Assembly: GCA_964016885.1 (NCBI GenBank) | Contig: OZ024758.1 | Coordinates: forward strand, 6,448,001 to 6,512,000 | Reading direction: 5' to 3' | DNA: 64,000 nt | DNA from: Eledone cirrhosa | Taxonomy: Eukaryota | Part shown: positions 26,407 to 39,604 of the stretch, in pieces | How positions within the stretch are numbered: position 1 is the first letter of the stretch | Layout of the letters: each line of letters opens with the position of its first letter | Position numbers and translations under genes: made by a program | Notes under the pieces: generated by a model | Databases searched by the model: none | What the model was told of the DNA's origin: nothing | The model's input: only the letters and a program-made list of their open reading frames with translations

Positions 26407-26893
26407 GCGCGCGCATGTGTCTGTGTGTGTGCGTCTGTGTATATATATATATATGATAACCGTGTGTGTATCTGAATGCGTGTGTATCTGTGTATGCGTC
26501 CGTATGTGTATGTCTGTATGTGTCTCTGTATGTCTGTATGTGTCTGTGCCTGTGCGTGTGTGTATATATGTGTGTGTATATGTGTGTATATCTGTGTGTG
26601 TGTACTCTGAAAGGACATGCAGGCCCTTACTGGGTTTCAGTGTTCTTCTCATCACAATATGTATGTTTCCCACCCCGCAACTTATTCTTCGATATAAGTT
26701 CTAAGCTGTCCCCTTCACTCATTCTCTCCTGTGTAATACAAATAATCCCGTGTAAAATGGATTAGTCTTGCATTTAATTTTAGATATAGAGAATTAATTA
26801 AGAAGCAAATTAATTATCAGTGATGGGTGGGTTGCGGGATAAAAGTTGTTGTTTTTATTCAATATATTTTGACTTGCTGTAAAATGTTTCTTA

Positions 26894-26985
26894 TTTTTTC
26901 TTTCAATTTTTTCTTTCAATTTTTTCTTTCAATTTTTTCTTTCAATTTTTTCTTTCAATTTTTTCTTTCAATTTTTCTACCGCAG
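26894..26985 (+). promoter_or_regulatory. Splice acceptor and polypyrimidine tract of the GPCR exon (six 13-bp TTTTTTCTTTCAA repeats, then ...ctaccgcAG)
   Basis: cag at 26983-26985, 16 nt before the ATG at 27002; implies an upstream exon. Confidence 0.75.
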
Positions 26986-27001
26986 AAACCATCTTGAAAA
27001 C

Positions 27002-27781
27002 ATGGCTGCCACAGAACTATCATCAAATCTTCCAAACACCGACCGGGATTATCTGGACTTTAAAGCTGATGTTAATGATTTCAATATTACATTTAATTCT
27101 ACCGACATTCTATATGAAGTACCAATCGGACTTGTCGTAGTTTTAGCTATACTCTATGGAACGATTTCCATTCTTGCTGTCATTGGCAATGGACTGGTCA
27201 TTTTAGTGATCGTTAAGAATAAAAGAATGCAAACAGTGACTAATCTTTTCATAGCAAACTTGGCTATTGCCGACGTTATAACTGGTATGTTTGCAATTCC
27301 TTTCCAGTTCCAAGCTGCGTTACTACAACGCTGGGTTTTCGCCGATTTTCTTTGCTTACTTGCCCCGTTCGTACTAACAATGTCAGTATCGGTTTCAGTC
27401 TTAACACTCACAGTCATTGCTATAGATCGATATTTCGCCGTACTTCATCCGCTCAAACAACGATTTACAAAACGTTCTGCTATTGTTTTGGTCGCCGCTA
27501 TATGGGTAGTATGTTCTACTTCGAGTTTGCCAGAAGCATTGTTTCATAAAGTCCGCTCGATGTTGCTCCAACCATACGTCTACTGTTCTCTTAATTGGCC
27601 ATCTCATCCACAAAATCTTTCTGAAGCTTATCGCATGTACCTTTTCTTTGCGCAGTATTTGCTTCCATTGACAATCATCAGTTTCGCATATCTACGTATT
27701 GGTTGCCATATTTGGATGTTAGAAAATCCTGGAATTGCTGTTAACAACCAGAAAGACATACGCTCAAGAAATAAACGAAAA
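27002..27781 (+). CDS. Lkr: First coding exon (260 codons, TM1-TM5 plus ICL3) of a leucokinin/lymnokinin-type neuropeptide receptor (class A GPCR)
   Basis: ORF has GN (TM1), TVTNLFIANLAIAD (TM2), DRY, TM4 W and YLLPL (TM5), plus N-terminal N-glycosylation sequons (NIT, NST). YEVP..V..L..LYG.IS and FAIPFQFQAALLQRW match kinin receptors as I recall them. Ends at RNKRK/gtgagt, a phase-0 donor at 27782; the ORF-track tail VSNF* is intronic. Confidence 0.85.
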
Positions 27782-27787
27782 GTGAGT
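27782..27787 (+). promoter_or_regulatory. 5' splice donor GTGAGT
   Basis: Canonical donor after AAA (Lys260), just before the expected TM6; in-frame stop 4 codons later. Confidence 0.85.
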
Positions 27788-27799
27788 AATTTTTAGAAC

Positions 27800-27842
<43 letters not shown>

Positions 27843-27874
27843 GGTGTTGTTGTTGTTGTTGTTGTTATTCTTTG

Positions 27875-28003
27875 GGGTCGGTGGAGTATCTTTACAGTCT
27901 GAGTTCAACTCTCGCCGAGGTTAACTTTGACTTTCATCCTTACGGGATAAAGTACCAGTAATGTACTGGACTAATTACCAAAAGTAGAAACAATTATTAT
28001 TAT
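27875..28003 (+). mobile_element. SINE family 1, deleted copy
   Basis: B-box, core and tail remnants. Confidence 0.7.
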
Positions 28004-28122
28004 TCTTTGAGTCTCAGTCATTGATGTTATTTAACTGGAAGGTTTGTTCAAATGAATATCAAGCCGCTACCTGCAGTCTCAGATATTAAGGACGTATCGG
28101 AGGGTTCTTGCCTTTTCAAACA

Positions 28123-28258
<136 letters not shown>

Positions 28259-29294
28259 TATATGATCGGAAAATTTCGTTGTCTTTTGTGACTGATATTA
28301 AATAAATCTAAATTCATGTATATATAAGAATACTTTCAATATACTTTATATATATCAAAAATATAAGATTACTTTCAATATGTATATATATATATATATA
28401 TAAAAGAATACGCTTGCATGTACATTTATTCGATTATTTGTCTGTGTTGCTTCAATAGGCAAGACATAAATTCAATACAAATATATGCGCGTTTAATTTT
28501 CTTATTCTCTGCCTTTTCAATAATTCATTTCTTTTCTATGAAAAGAATATCTTAAATTTGTTATCAGCAACTGATTTATGTTTTCAGGATTACAATTTAA
28601 TTAAGCGTCATATGTTTATGTCTTCCATATACAATTTTATCGATCACTTATCTTAGGCTGTGGTTGGAATTTAAATTGACAATCGAACGATCTTCTTCGA
28701 TTGAACAAAAAGGAATATTAAATGAGAGGAAAAATCATATAATATAGCAAGAAAAGAAATCTGGATAGACTTCATTTATTTAGTGTCTTAATTGCTTATC
28801 TTTGGACTTTGACCAAGCTGGAGCACCGTCCTTTAAAAGAATAAATTAGTCGATAATATTGATATCGCATTAATTGCTTTTATCCATTTTTCTTTGTCGA
28901 ACTATAATAGACAAACAGCACGGGTTCTTGAATCGTGAAAAGACTGAACACAGAGACGAACACACACACACACACACATCTATCTTATCTCTCTCTATAT
29001 ATATATACACAACAATTATTATTGAGTGGCTGCTATTTGCAGTATAGCAATATAAGGTTGCACTTACCAATGAAACGGTCGTAAATACCTGGATAAAATC
29101 CTTTTTTTAATGCTTACCTGTGTTTTCTCTTTTATCCTTTACACTCCAAGATTGAACGTGATTCTTACAAACTTGTGGAGTTACCCCTAACCGTACGTTG
29201 AAACCGTCCATGAAACTGGCTGTCTTAACCAAGAACTGGATCACAATAAGCGATTTTCTGGTTCCCTAACTATATATATATATATATATATATA

Positions 29295-29387
29295 TCCAAC
29301 AGACCAGGATATGGCAGCGATAATGAGGGACAGAGACCGCTGGAGAGAACTCGTCCATGGATCTCGGGAATTTTACCCGCCTTAGAT

Positions 29388-29392
<5 letters not shown>
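29295..29392 (+). mobile_element. RTE 3' end (same family as 24785-25232) in (TA)n
   Basis: gaccgctggagagaactcgtccatggatctcgg matches the reverse complement of about 24810-24846. Confidence 0.8.
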
Positions 29393-29447
<55 letters not shown>

Positions 29448-29451
<4 letters not shown>

Positions 29452-29484
29452 ACACGCAAATTCGTGAAACGTTCCATATTTTTT
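29448..29484 (+). pseudogene. U6: U6 snRNA 3'-terminal fragment (retrocopy)
   Basis: GATGACACGCAAATTCGTGAAaCGTTCCATATTTTTT matches the conserved U6 3' end with one mismatch. Confidence 0.9.
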
Positions 29485-29539
29485 ACGAGGGCGGTGTCCC
29501 AACGGGGCCTCAGCCGAATGGCTGGAACAGGTAAAAGAG

Positions 29540-29568
<29 letters not shown>

Positions 29569-29570
<2 letters not shown>

Positions 29571-29762
29571 ACGAAGGAAATGTGGTAAGGAACCAGGTGG
29601 ACCATAACGCACCAAAGTACTCAATACTTGGGGTAGTAGAGTGGGTAATAGGAACCAGTAAGACCCCGACGGCTGAGCTCAAGCCGTTTCGACGGCTAAT
29701 TCTGAGTCCAGAATTAGCCGTCGAAACGGCTTGAGCTCAGCCGTCGGGGTCTTAATGGTTCC

Positions 29763-29765
<3 letters not shown>
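29569..29765. mobile_element. Family A fold-back element with hammerhead 3' half
   Basis: 57-bp arms (29648-29704 and 29709-29765, one mismatch); GAAACGGCT-TGAGCTC-AGCCGTC; (TA)n on both sides. Confidence 0.7.
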
Positions 29766-29793
<28 letters not shown>

Positions 29794-30554
29794 TTGTGTG
29801 TGTGTGTGTGTTTGTGTGTGAGTGTATGTATGTCTCTGTGTGTCTGTCTGTGTGCGTGTGTGTATGCATGCATATAGATCTATAGATAGATGAATATATC
29901 GATAGATAGACAGACATATACATAGCTAGATAGATAGACAGATGTGTGCCTCCATATGTTCACATGTGTATCTAGATATATTTGGTGATAGCCGGCAGAA
30001 TTAGCTTCCATATTTTCTAATAAATAAGTACCGCCATATAATTAGTTTACTGATTAGGAAGAAACAAAATAATGGTGTACTTGTAACCATGCAACATTTC
30101 CAACATTTAATACAATATAGAATGTCATGGACTACCTATGTATTACTTTGGGAACAAAGGTAGATGTCACTAGTTGTGTGTTTTGTATATATAATCATTA
30201 TAGTCATATTTCGTTACAGTAAGCTAGTAAGATAATTATAACCCACATAATATATCTTATGTTTCATAGCGTCTGTAAAGGTGTATGGCGTGTATGAGAT
30301 ATATTGTAATATTTCTTAGCTTCCAGCGTATTCCGGTAGTGTTTCCAATATTTATAATATATGTAATAGCTAAGTCGACTACATTTTACTGTAGTTACAC
30401 CGTATAAGCGTATATTCAATACTGCATTTTATATTTACTATTATATCAAGATTGAGTAGTTTAGACATGCTGTTTAAATATATGATTATATACACACCAT
30501 CGTATGCATGTGTGAATGAATATGTATACATTTAAATGCATATATGAATATATG

Positions 30555-30576
30555 AGTGTGCATATATATATATATT

Positions 30577-30625
<49 letters not shown>

Positions 30626-30707
30626 GTATATATAATATATATATATGTATTTATATATGTATATATATATTTATATATATATATATTTATATATATATAT
30701 GTATTTA

Positions 30708-30752
<45 letters not shown>

Positions 30753-30959
30753 TTATATATATACATATATGTATTTATATATGTATATATATATATATAC
30801 ATATATGTATTTATATATGTATATATATATATATATATATATGTATTTATATATGTATATATATATTTATATATATATATGTATTTATATATGTATATAT
30901 ATATATATATATATATGTATTTATATATGTATATATATATTTATATATATATATGTATT

Positions 30960-30991
<32 letters not shown>

Positions 30992-31180
30992 TGTATTTAT
31001 ATATGTATATATATATTTATATATATATATATATATATATGTGTGTATTTATATATGTATATATATATTTATATATGTATATATATATTTATATATATAT
31101 ATATATGTGTGTATTTATATATGTATATATATATTTATATATGTATATATATATTTATATATATATATATATGTACATTC
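30555..31180. repeat. Degenerate (TA)n minisatellite
   Basis: Seen directly. Confidence 0.95.
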
Positions 31181-31228
31181 ATATATGCATACTAATGTAT
31201 ACATATTCACACATGCATATATATGTGC

Positions 31229-31487
31229 GGAGGAACGTGGCCTAGTGGTAAGGGTGTTGGACTTACGATCATAATGTCGTGGGTTCGATTCAAGGGTTGC
31301 GTGTTGTGTTCTTGAACAAAACACTTCCTTTCCCGTTGCTCCAGTATACTCAGATGAAAATGAGTACCAGCAATAACTGGGGATTTAACCCTGCGATGGA
31401 CTGGCGTCCTGTCCAGGAGGAAGTCTTGTACTCTCAGTCGCTTCATGCCATGAAACCGGAATAAAAACCGGCTAAAGACAGACTTTA

Positions 31488-31490
<3 letters not shown>
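31229..31490 (+). mobile_element. tRNA-derived SINE with CORE-like and V-domain-like segments
   Basis: A-box TGGCCTAGTGG, B-box GGTTCGATTC; CCCTGCGATGGACTGGCGTCCTGTCCAGG resembles the V-SINE domain (from memory). Confidence 0.7.
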
Positions 31491-31556
<66 letters not shown>

Positions 31557-31621
31557 ATATATATACACACATATATGCATGTATGTGTGTTGTTTTTACT
31601 TTTCTGAGAATCCATTCCGAG

Positions 31622-31935
31622 ATTTGCAGTATGCAAGCATGGTTCTGTCACACCCGAGGAAATCGTAGGGGCGCCATATCGACATACGGTGTTTTTTAAG
31701 ACATTTTTAAAACCTGGCAGAGTCTATCTCCTCTCCAGGTCTGAATATAGCAGATTTTTTCCAGAAAAAGAATGGAGAGAGCGATGAAGAATCGATCCCA
31801 GTACAAGACTGGTATATTTTTATCGACCTCGAAAGGATGAAAGACAAACTTGAGTTCAACAAAACTTGAACTCAAAAAACAGACAACCGAAACGAATCCC
31901 GCAAAGCATTCTATCCGACATTCCAACGACTTTGT
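31622..31935 (-). mobile_element. SINE family 2
   Basis: ctctccaggtctgaa tail and reverse core. Confidence 0.7.
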
Positions 31936-32303
31936 CCAAAAAATCGTCTATAGATTTACAATAAACAATGGCGTATTGCCCGTTATTTACACTTGCAAAG
32001 ACAGAAAAAGCTGAATACATGCGTAAAGTTTTGAAGGAAAATCATTAAAAGTATTCAGACGAAATGTCTCTTTTGTGTTTCAAGTCTGATGTATTTAAAA
32101 CACGGTTATATTACAGTTTTTATGTTTATTTTATTTCCATATTTTTATATAAAACTCTTCCAGTGCGATTGGAGGAATAAACTTCCTGGAACCATTCTCA
32201 CACTACTTCCCTAAATATTCGCAGCCTTCTCTACAGAACATAAAATTGTGTTGCCTTCTCTATTGCAACATTTATAATTCTTGAATATGAATTGTGTACA
32301 CTT

Positions 32304-32395
<92 letters not shown>

Positions 32396-32618
32396 AAAGG
32401 GTAAACAGAAATAACAACACAATCGGTACAGTATATGGAAGGAATATATTAGGTTAACGCTTGATATAGCAGGAAGAGGGTCATCTTTCTCTATCTATCT
32501 ATATATATATATATCTATCTCTTTCTCTTTATCCATCTATCTATTTATCTATTAATCTATCTATGTATCTCTTTCTCTTTCTCTCTATCTCTCTATCTCT
32601 ATCTATCTATCTCTCTAT

Positions 32619-32660
<42 letters not shown>

Positions 32661-32844
32661 GGCTCATCATCAACTTAAAAGAATCATTAGCAGCACACTA
32701 CTAAACATCATAAAATAAAACTAAATAGGAAAATATTAGTGGACAATAGGTCCTTACTCTATAGAATTTTACACAATAATAGAGAAACATCTGTGGAAGA
32801 ATTACTCATAACATAACACAATGTATACCTATCAGGGTTAATAA

Positions 32845-33410
32845 ACCATATGCACAGTATACACACAACATACAAAGCTAATATTATACACAATATACAC
32901 ACAGCATACGGAGGTAATATATACACAATATACACTTAACGTATAAAGCTAATATTATACATAATATACACTCAACGTACAAAGCTAATATTATACACAA
33001 TATACACACAACATACAGAGGTAATAAACTATATACACAATATACACACAACGTACAAATTTAATATTATACACAATATACACACATCATACAAAGGTAA
33101 TATATAATATATACACATCATAGAGAGGTAATAAACTATATACACAATATACATACATCATATAGACATAATAATATATATACATTATACAGAGGTAATA
33201 AAATATATACACAATATACATACATCATATAGATATAATAATATACATACGTTTACAGAGGTAATAAATAATATACACACTATACATACATCATATAGAC
33301 ATAATAATATACACACGTTATACAGAGGTAATAAAATATATACACAATATACATAATAATATACACACAATGTATATTATATACACAATATACACACATT
33401 ATATACAGAT
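32845..33410. repeat. Degenerate minisatellite (~40-47-bp units; tatacacaatatacac..acagaggtaataa)
   Basis: Recurrent gaggtaata / aagctaatattataca motifs. Confidence 0.7.
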
Positions 33411-34087
33411 AATATATAGTATGTAAACAGTACTGATAAGGCCAGGTTTGAGTTGTAAATCTACACAAATCACATTCACATAAAATAGAATAAGTAGTAA
33501 ACATGTCAACAATATTTCATATCTTGAGGATGGGGCTGTAAAAATCTAGAAACGTTTATGGTTGATAGATTTGGGAAATTTGTGGTTTGAAACGAATACG
33601 AAAATATGGAAGAACACTAATAAAAGTGATATGACATGGTCGTGTGTTTAATACACACACACACATTCACACACACACATACATACATATATATATACAA
33701 ACACTCACACACCCTCACACAAACACACACACACGCACACGCACACTCATCCACCCACACATACACACACATTCACACACACACGCACGCACGCAAACAC
33801 ACATACACGCACACTCACACACACACAGCCAAACATTCACACACATACAGACATACAGACATGCACACACAAACACATACACACACATACACCCATACAC
33901 ACACTCACACGCCCACACACACAAACATGCATACACGCACATTCACACTCACCCAAACATTCACACATACAAACACACATACAGATGCGCACACAAATAC
34001 ACATACATACACCCACACACACACACATAAACACACATTCACACACACACGCACGTTATATTTATATCCTTTTTATCATTATTTCGC

Positions 34088-34556
34088 GTTGGATTGGATG
34101 AGTTCAAATCCCGCCGAGGTTAACTTTGCCTCTCATCCTTACGGGGTCGATAAAATAATTGTTTCTACTTTTGGCACAAGGCCAGCAATTATTCCAGTGC
34201 ATTACTGGTACTTTATTTTATCGACCCCGTAAGGATGAAAGGCAAAGTTAACCTCGGCGGGATTTGAACTCAGTCCGTAAAGGGACGTAACTGTGCTGCA
34301 AAGCATGGCGTCCGACCCTCTACCGATACTGCCAATCCACCGCCCTCAGGGGGTCGATAAAATAATATACCAGTAATACACTGGGGTAATTTCTGGCCTT
34401 GTACCAAAAGTAGAAACAATTATTATAACTTTTCGTTCTAAGTTCAAATGCCGCCGAGGTTAACTTTGCCTTTCATCCTTACAGGGTCGATAAAATAATA
34501 TACCAGTAATACACTGGGGTAATTGCTGGCCTTGTACCAAAAGTAGAAACAATTAT
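34088..34556. mobile_element. Cluster of four SINE family 1 pieces (+ partial, - full, + partial, + partial)
   Basis: Seen directly. Confidence 0.85.
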
Positions 34557-34684
34557 CTCCATTGTGTTAATTATAATTTAGACATCGTAACATATAGAAA
34601 CATATATATATATTTATTTTCACATACATACGTCATACGATACAAATTATCGTACTGGTGATTATAGATATATATACAAATCTT

Positions 34685-34845
34685 GGGTATGACATTAAAC
34701 TACATCCAGTGGCAAGGCTCCAGTTGGGGAGTTGAGGAGCTGTAGGGAATGTTGAGTTACTCCTTAGTTGTCATAACACCCAGGTTTGCTCTGGTCCGGA
34801 GTAGTAATACCTGCTAGGGCCCTGTTTATGGGTTAAATAATTACT
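34685..34845. repeat. Unclassified interspersed repeat fragment
   Basis: GC-richer island resembling an abundant Octopus repeat as I recall it; single copy here. Confidence 0.3.
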
Positions 34846-36077
34846 TTATTCGAGTGGCGCCGGTAAGGTATTATCAGTCATTGAAAAGAAAGAAAGATAT
34901 ATTGATACCAATATAGTTATATTCATTAATTGATCTTATCAGAATTTCAATGAGATATCTTTTTTTCATCAGATACGACATGTATGTATATAGATACTAT
35001 TTGGAGCACCCTGGGGAAATCACAAAATATTTGAAAGTGAATATGTAACTTGATAAGTCTCTTGTAATCGATATAGATAGAGTTTTGTAAACGGTTTATA
35101 TATATATAATATATTAACAAATGGAAACTATATTTATAAAACCATATTTATTTCATTATACATATTTCAAGGACACCAAGTTAAATTATGGTGTGCTTTC
35201 ATCAGATAAAATATAATATAGAGCAGTTTTATAAATAAATATTGACATACCCTTAAAGAATGCGACCAGAAATTAACTCGTTAGAATATATAAGTGGTTG
35301 AGTATATGTATATATGTGTGACGCCCGAAAGAGTATTTTTCCCTTCGCCTCTTGGTCCCGGTCGACCGAAATAGAATAAGAAAATATGTGATAATGTATG
35401 TGGTAAGGTATTAAAATATAATCGTAACATATTCCATGTGACGTTAATAATTACAAAAGGTTATGAAAATTTAAGAAGATCTATCCGTATTAAATATAGG
35501 ATATTGTGTAACTATTATGTTACCCTCAGTAAAAGTGTAATTACTATTATTCATTAACTAATTAGTTGGGGTTCGGTAGTTTGATGGCTTGTCTTGGTGA
35601 AAATAAACGGACCGTGTCTGAAGAATGAAATACTATCCGAATTCTTGACATAATATTTCCGTGATGAAAAAACATTCCAGGTTTTTTTTTTAGAAATCAA
35701 TAGTTAACAAAAGATAGACAATTAATTGCAAGATTTTAACATAATTCAAAATGATGTAGCTGATGCCAAAATTACTATTTTTACCGTTCAATCCCGAATA
35801 TATTTTGACAATGTAATCTTTGAATATATTTTTTTGTTTCTCCTCCCCTCGCCCTCACTTTTTTTTTAGACTATGCACGCTAAGATTGTGTTACTTGAAA
35901 TGTTGAAATTATGTCCGTTAAATCTTTGCTTTCTATTATCTGAAATGTGTAACCCGATAACTAAAACCTGTGATCTTTACTTTACTGGGTGGTTTGTGCC
36001 CTAAGATTTTGCACTCAGTACTCGTATTTCGTTTGTGAGTTTTTTATAGCATGAACTTAATTAAAAATTAAATTACA

Positions 36078-36520
36078 TTGGATTGGCAGTATCGGTAGAG
36101 TGTCGGACAGCATACTTTGCAGCATAGGGTTACAGCCCTTTACGATCTGAGTTCAAATCCCGCCGAGGTTAACTTTACCTTTCATCCATACGGGGTTGAT
36201 AAAATAAAGTACCAGTAATACACTGTGTAATTGCTGGCATTGTGCCAAAAGTAGAAACAATTATTTTGTAGACGGCGGTAGATTGGCAGTACAGTAGATT
36301 GTCGGGCACCATGATGCGCAGTATATAGTTATGTCCCTTTACGTTCTGAGTTCAAATCCCACCGGGGTTAACTTTGTCTTTCATCCCGCCGGGGTTAACT
36401 TTGCCTTTCATCCCTACGGAGTCAATAAATAAAGCACCAGTAATACATTGGAGTCGATTTAATCGACTTACCCCTCTCCTTCAAATTGCTAGCCTTGTGC
36501 CTAAAGTAGAACAATTATTT
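36078..36520 (+). mobile_element. Two tandem SINE family 1 copies
   Basis: 36078-36265 and 36272-36520; the second has a short internal duplication and a longer pre-tail segment. Confidence 0.85.
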
Positions 36521-36970
36521 CGTAAGATATTTGTATTAATTATCCACCTTAATTAATTGAGACGGCAAATTCTGTTATTTTAACTTCTGTTATTTTAGCT
36601 GCAGAGGAGAAACATTTATTAAGCCTTCTGGATTTAGATCTCTTGACAAGAATTTTGTCTCTGGGATGATACGTGAATAAGGTTCCTTTATTTTAAGATA
36701 CTTTAATGTAATCTTCTCTTTAAACAATAAATCTGAGTTCAATATTTATATATATATGTGTGGGTGTGGATGTGCGTCTGTGTGTGTGTACATATAGCTA
36801 ACAAGTATAATAAAATATTACTCACATATAACAAAACACACATTTCACAGGTCAAATATTGTGTAATATCATGATAATCATATATTTCAAGACATATATG
36901 TACTTCCCGTCGGACTTTCTGTTCGGAAAACTTTATAAATATACATAACTGTATTGACGCTTTATATCCA

Positions 36971-36976
<6 letters not shown>

Positions 36977-37039
<63 letters not shown>

Positions 37040-37230
37040 CTATATATATTACATAAATACACACATACACGCACAACACAAACACACACTCACACATCCA
37101 CACACACGCACACACACTTATATCTCTATATATATGCATATATATATATATTCATATATATGCATATATATATATATGCATATATATATATGTGTGTATA
37201 TATATAATTAAATATATTCATATATATAAT

Positions 37231-37267
<37 letters not shown>

Positions 37268-37390
37268 TCATATATATGCATATATATATTTATGCATATA
37301 TATATATATATGTGTGTATATATATAATTAAATATATTCATATATATAATTATATATATATACACATATATATATATACATATACATGTA

Positions 37391-37427
<37 letters not shown>

Positions 37428-37552
37428 GCATATATATATATAATTGTGTTTATAGATATAGATATATACACACACACACACACATATATATATATACATA
37501 TATATATACATATATACATATATATACATATATATACATATATATATATATC
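36977..37552. repeat. (TA)n-rich compound repeat
   Basis: Seen directly. Confidence 0.9.
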
Positions 37553-37826
37553 AAAGCTCACGGTACGTTGCATTGTATCTATAGAAAATTCATAAACTTT
37601 CGCATATTGGAATTGATTTGAGGGATAAGTCTATTTACTAAGTCAAATTATTTTCCAGAAAATGACAAATCATGCGAAATATCATTGGTTACGTGATATA
37701 TACAAACATATTCAAAAGTTACGACACTTGGCGTGACACGAAATATATAAATATATTACGGCACTTCTATATGGGTGATTGTATGCATATGTGCGTTTAT
37801 ATATGTATGTATGGTGTTTATATATG

Positions 37827-37861
<35 letters not shown>

Positions 37862-38681
37862 ATATGTGTGTGTGTGTGCGTGTGTGTGGGGCGAGGATTA
37901 GTGTGTGTGAATGTGTGTGTCTGTGTATGTGAGTGTGTGTATGTATGCATATGTGCGTTTATATATGTATGTATAACATTTATATATGCATATATGTGTG
38001 TATGTGTGTGTGAGTCAATGTGAGTGTGTGTGTGTGTGTGTGCCTGTGTGTATGTGTGTGTGAGTGTGTTGGTATGTATGTGTGTGTGTGTGTGAGTGTG
38101 TGTACATACGTGTGCTTATGTTCGTTCCTCCCAAATATCTCGATTCGTTTCCATTTTTTCGTGTACAACTTTCCTATATATTAATAATATAATTGTTTCT
38201 ACTTTTGGCACAAGGCCAGCAGTGTGTGTGGGGGGGGGGGGGGAGTATACTATTCTATAGTGTTTACACTACTCATATTACAAAATTCCACTAATTTTCT
38301 TTTGTGTTATAAATACAAATGTTATTAAGTTTTCAATTTACACGATCTATGCAAATTGGCTAATAAATATATATATATATATATATATATGTTCTATTAA
38401 TTTATCTAATGGTGCAAGAAATTTGAAATGATATTTCGAGAATATTCCTAGTCTAAATATGTTTAGTTTCTTACAATAACTGACTGAGTATATTAGATTG
38501 AACAGATTCGGCAATATCGATTTTATCATAACGGTTCAATCAATAAATAGTATTTGGAAACGTATCATCTTGTTATGGATCTAGAGCATAGAGAAATGTT
38601 TAAATATTAACTTGTATTAACCTATATAATAGATCCTTACAATGTACTATGTGGTTGGGGAGATTATACACACACACACGC

Positions 38682-38768
<87 letters not shown>

Positions 38769-38800
38769 GTAAATATATATATATATTCATATATGTATAT

Positions 38801-39059
38801 ATAGGAACGAGTAGGACCCCGACGGCTGAGCTCAAGCCGTTTCGACGGCTAGTTCTGGACGTTATGGTCCAGCTGGTTCTTTACCACATTTCCTTCGTTA
38901 TATGTATATATATATATATATAACGAAGGAAATGTGGTAAGGAACCAGATGGACCATAATGCATCAAAGTACTCAATACTTAAGGTAGTAGAGTGGGTAA
39001 TAGGAACGAGTAGGACCCCGACGGCTGAGCTCAAGCCGTTTCGACGGCTAATTCTGGAC

Positions 39060-39060
<1 letters not shown>
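38801..39060. mobile_element. Two family A elements in (TA)n, the first with an inverted junction
   Basis: 38801-38900 and 38921-39060; both break at ...ttctggac. Confidence 0.7.
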
Positions 39061-39141
<81 letters not shown>

Positions 39142-39168
39142 AATACATATATAAATATATATATATAA

Positions 39169-39274
<106 letters not shown>

Positions 39275-39407
39275 ATATATATATGTATATATATATATAT
39301 GTGTGTGTGTATATATATATGTATATATATATATATGTGTGTGTGTATATATATATGTATATATATATATATGTGTGTGTGTATATATATATGTATATAT
39401 ATATATA

Positions 39408-39482
<75 letters not shown>

Positions 39483-39604
39483 ATATATATAAATGTATAT
39501 ATATATATATGTGTGTGTATATAAATGTATATATATATATGTGTGTGTGTATATATATATATATTTATTTATATATATATATACTGATATATATACGGAA
39601 TACT

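Noticed and set aside
27154-27613. Antisense and alternative-frame ORFs overlapping the GPCR exon
   Set aside because: Shadow ORFs with no recognisable motifs.
27782-27796. Truncated 5-TM receptor ending VSNF*
   Set aside because: A canonical GTGAGT donor explains the end; the stop is intronic.
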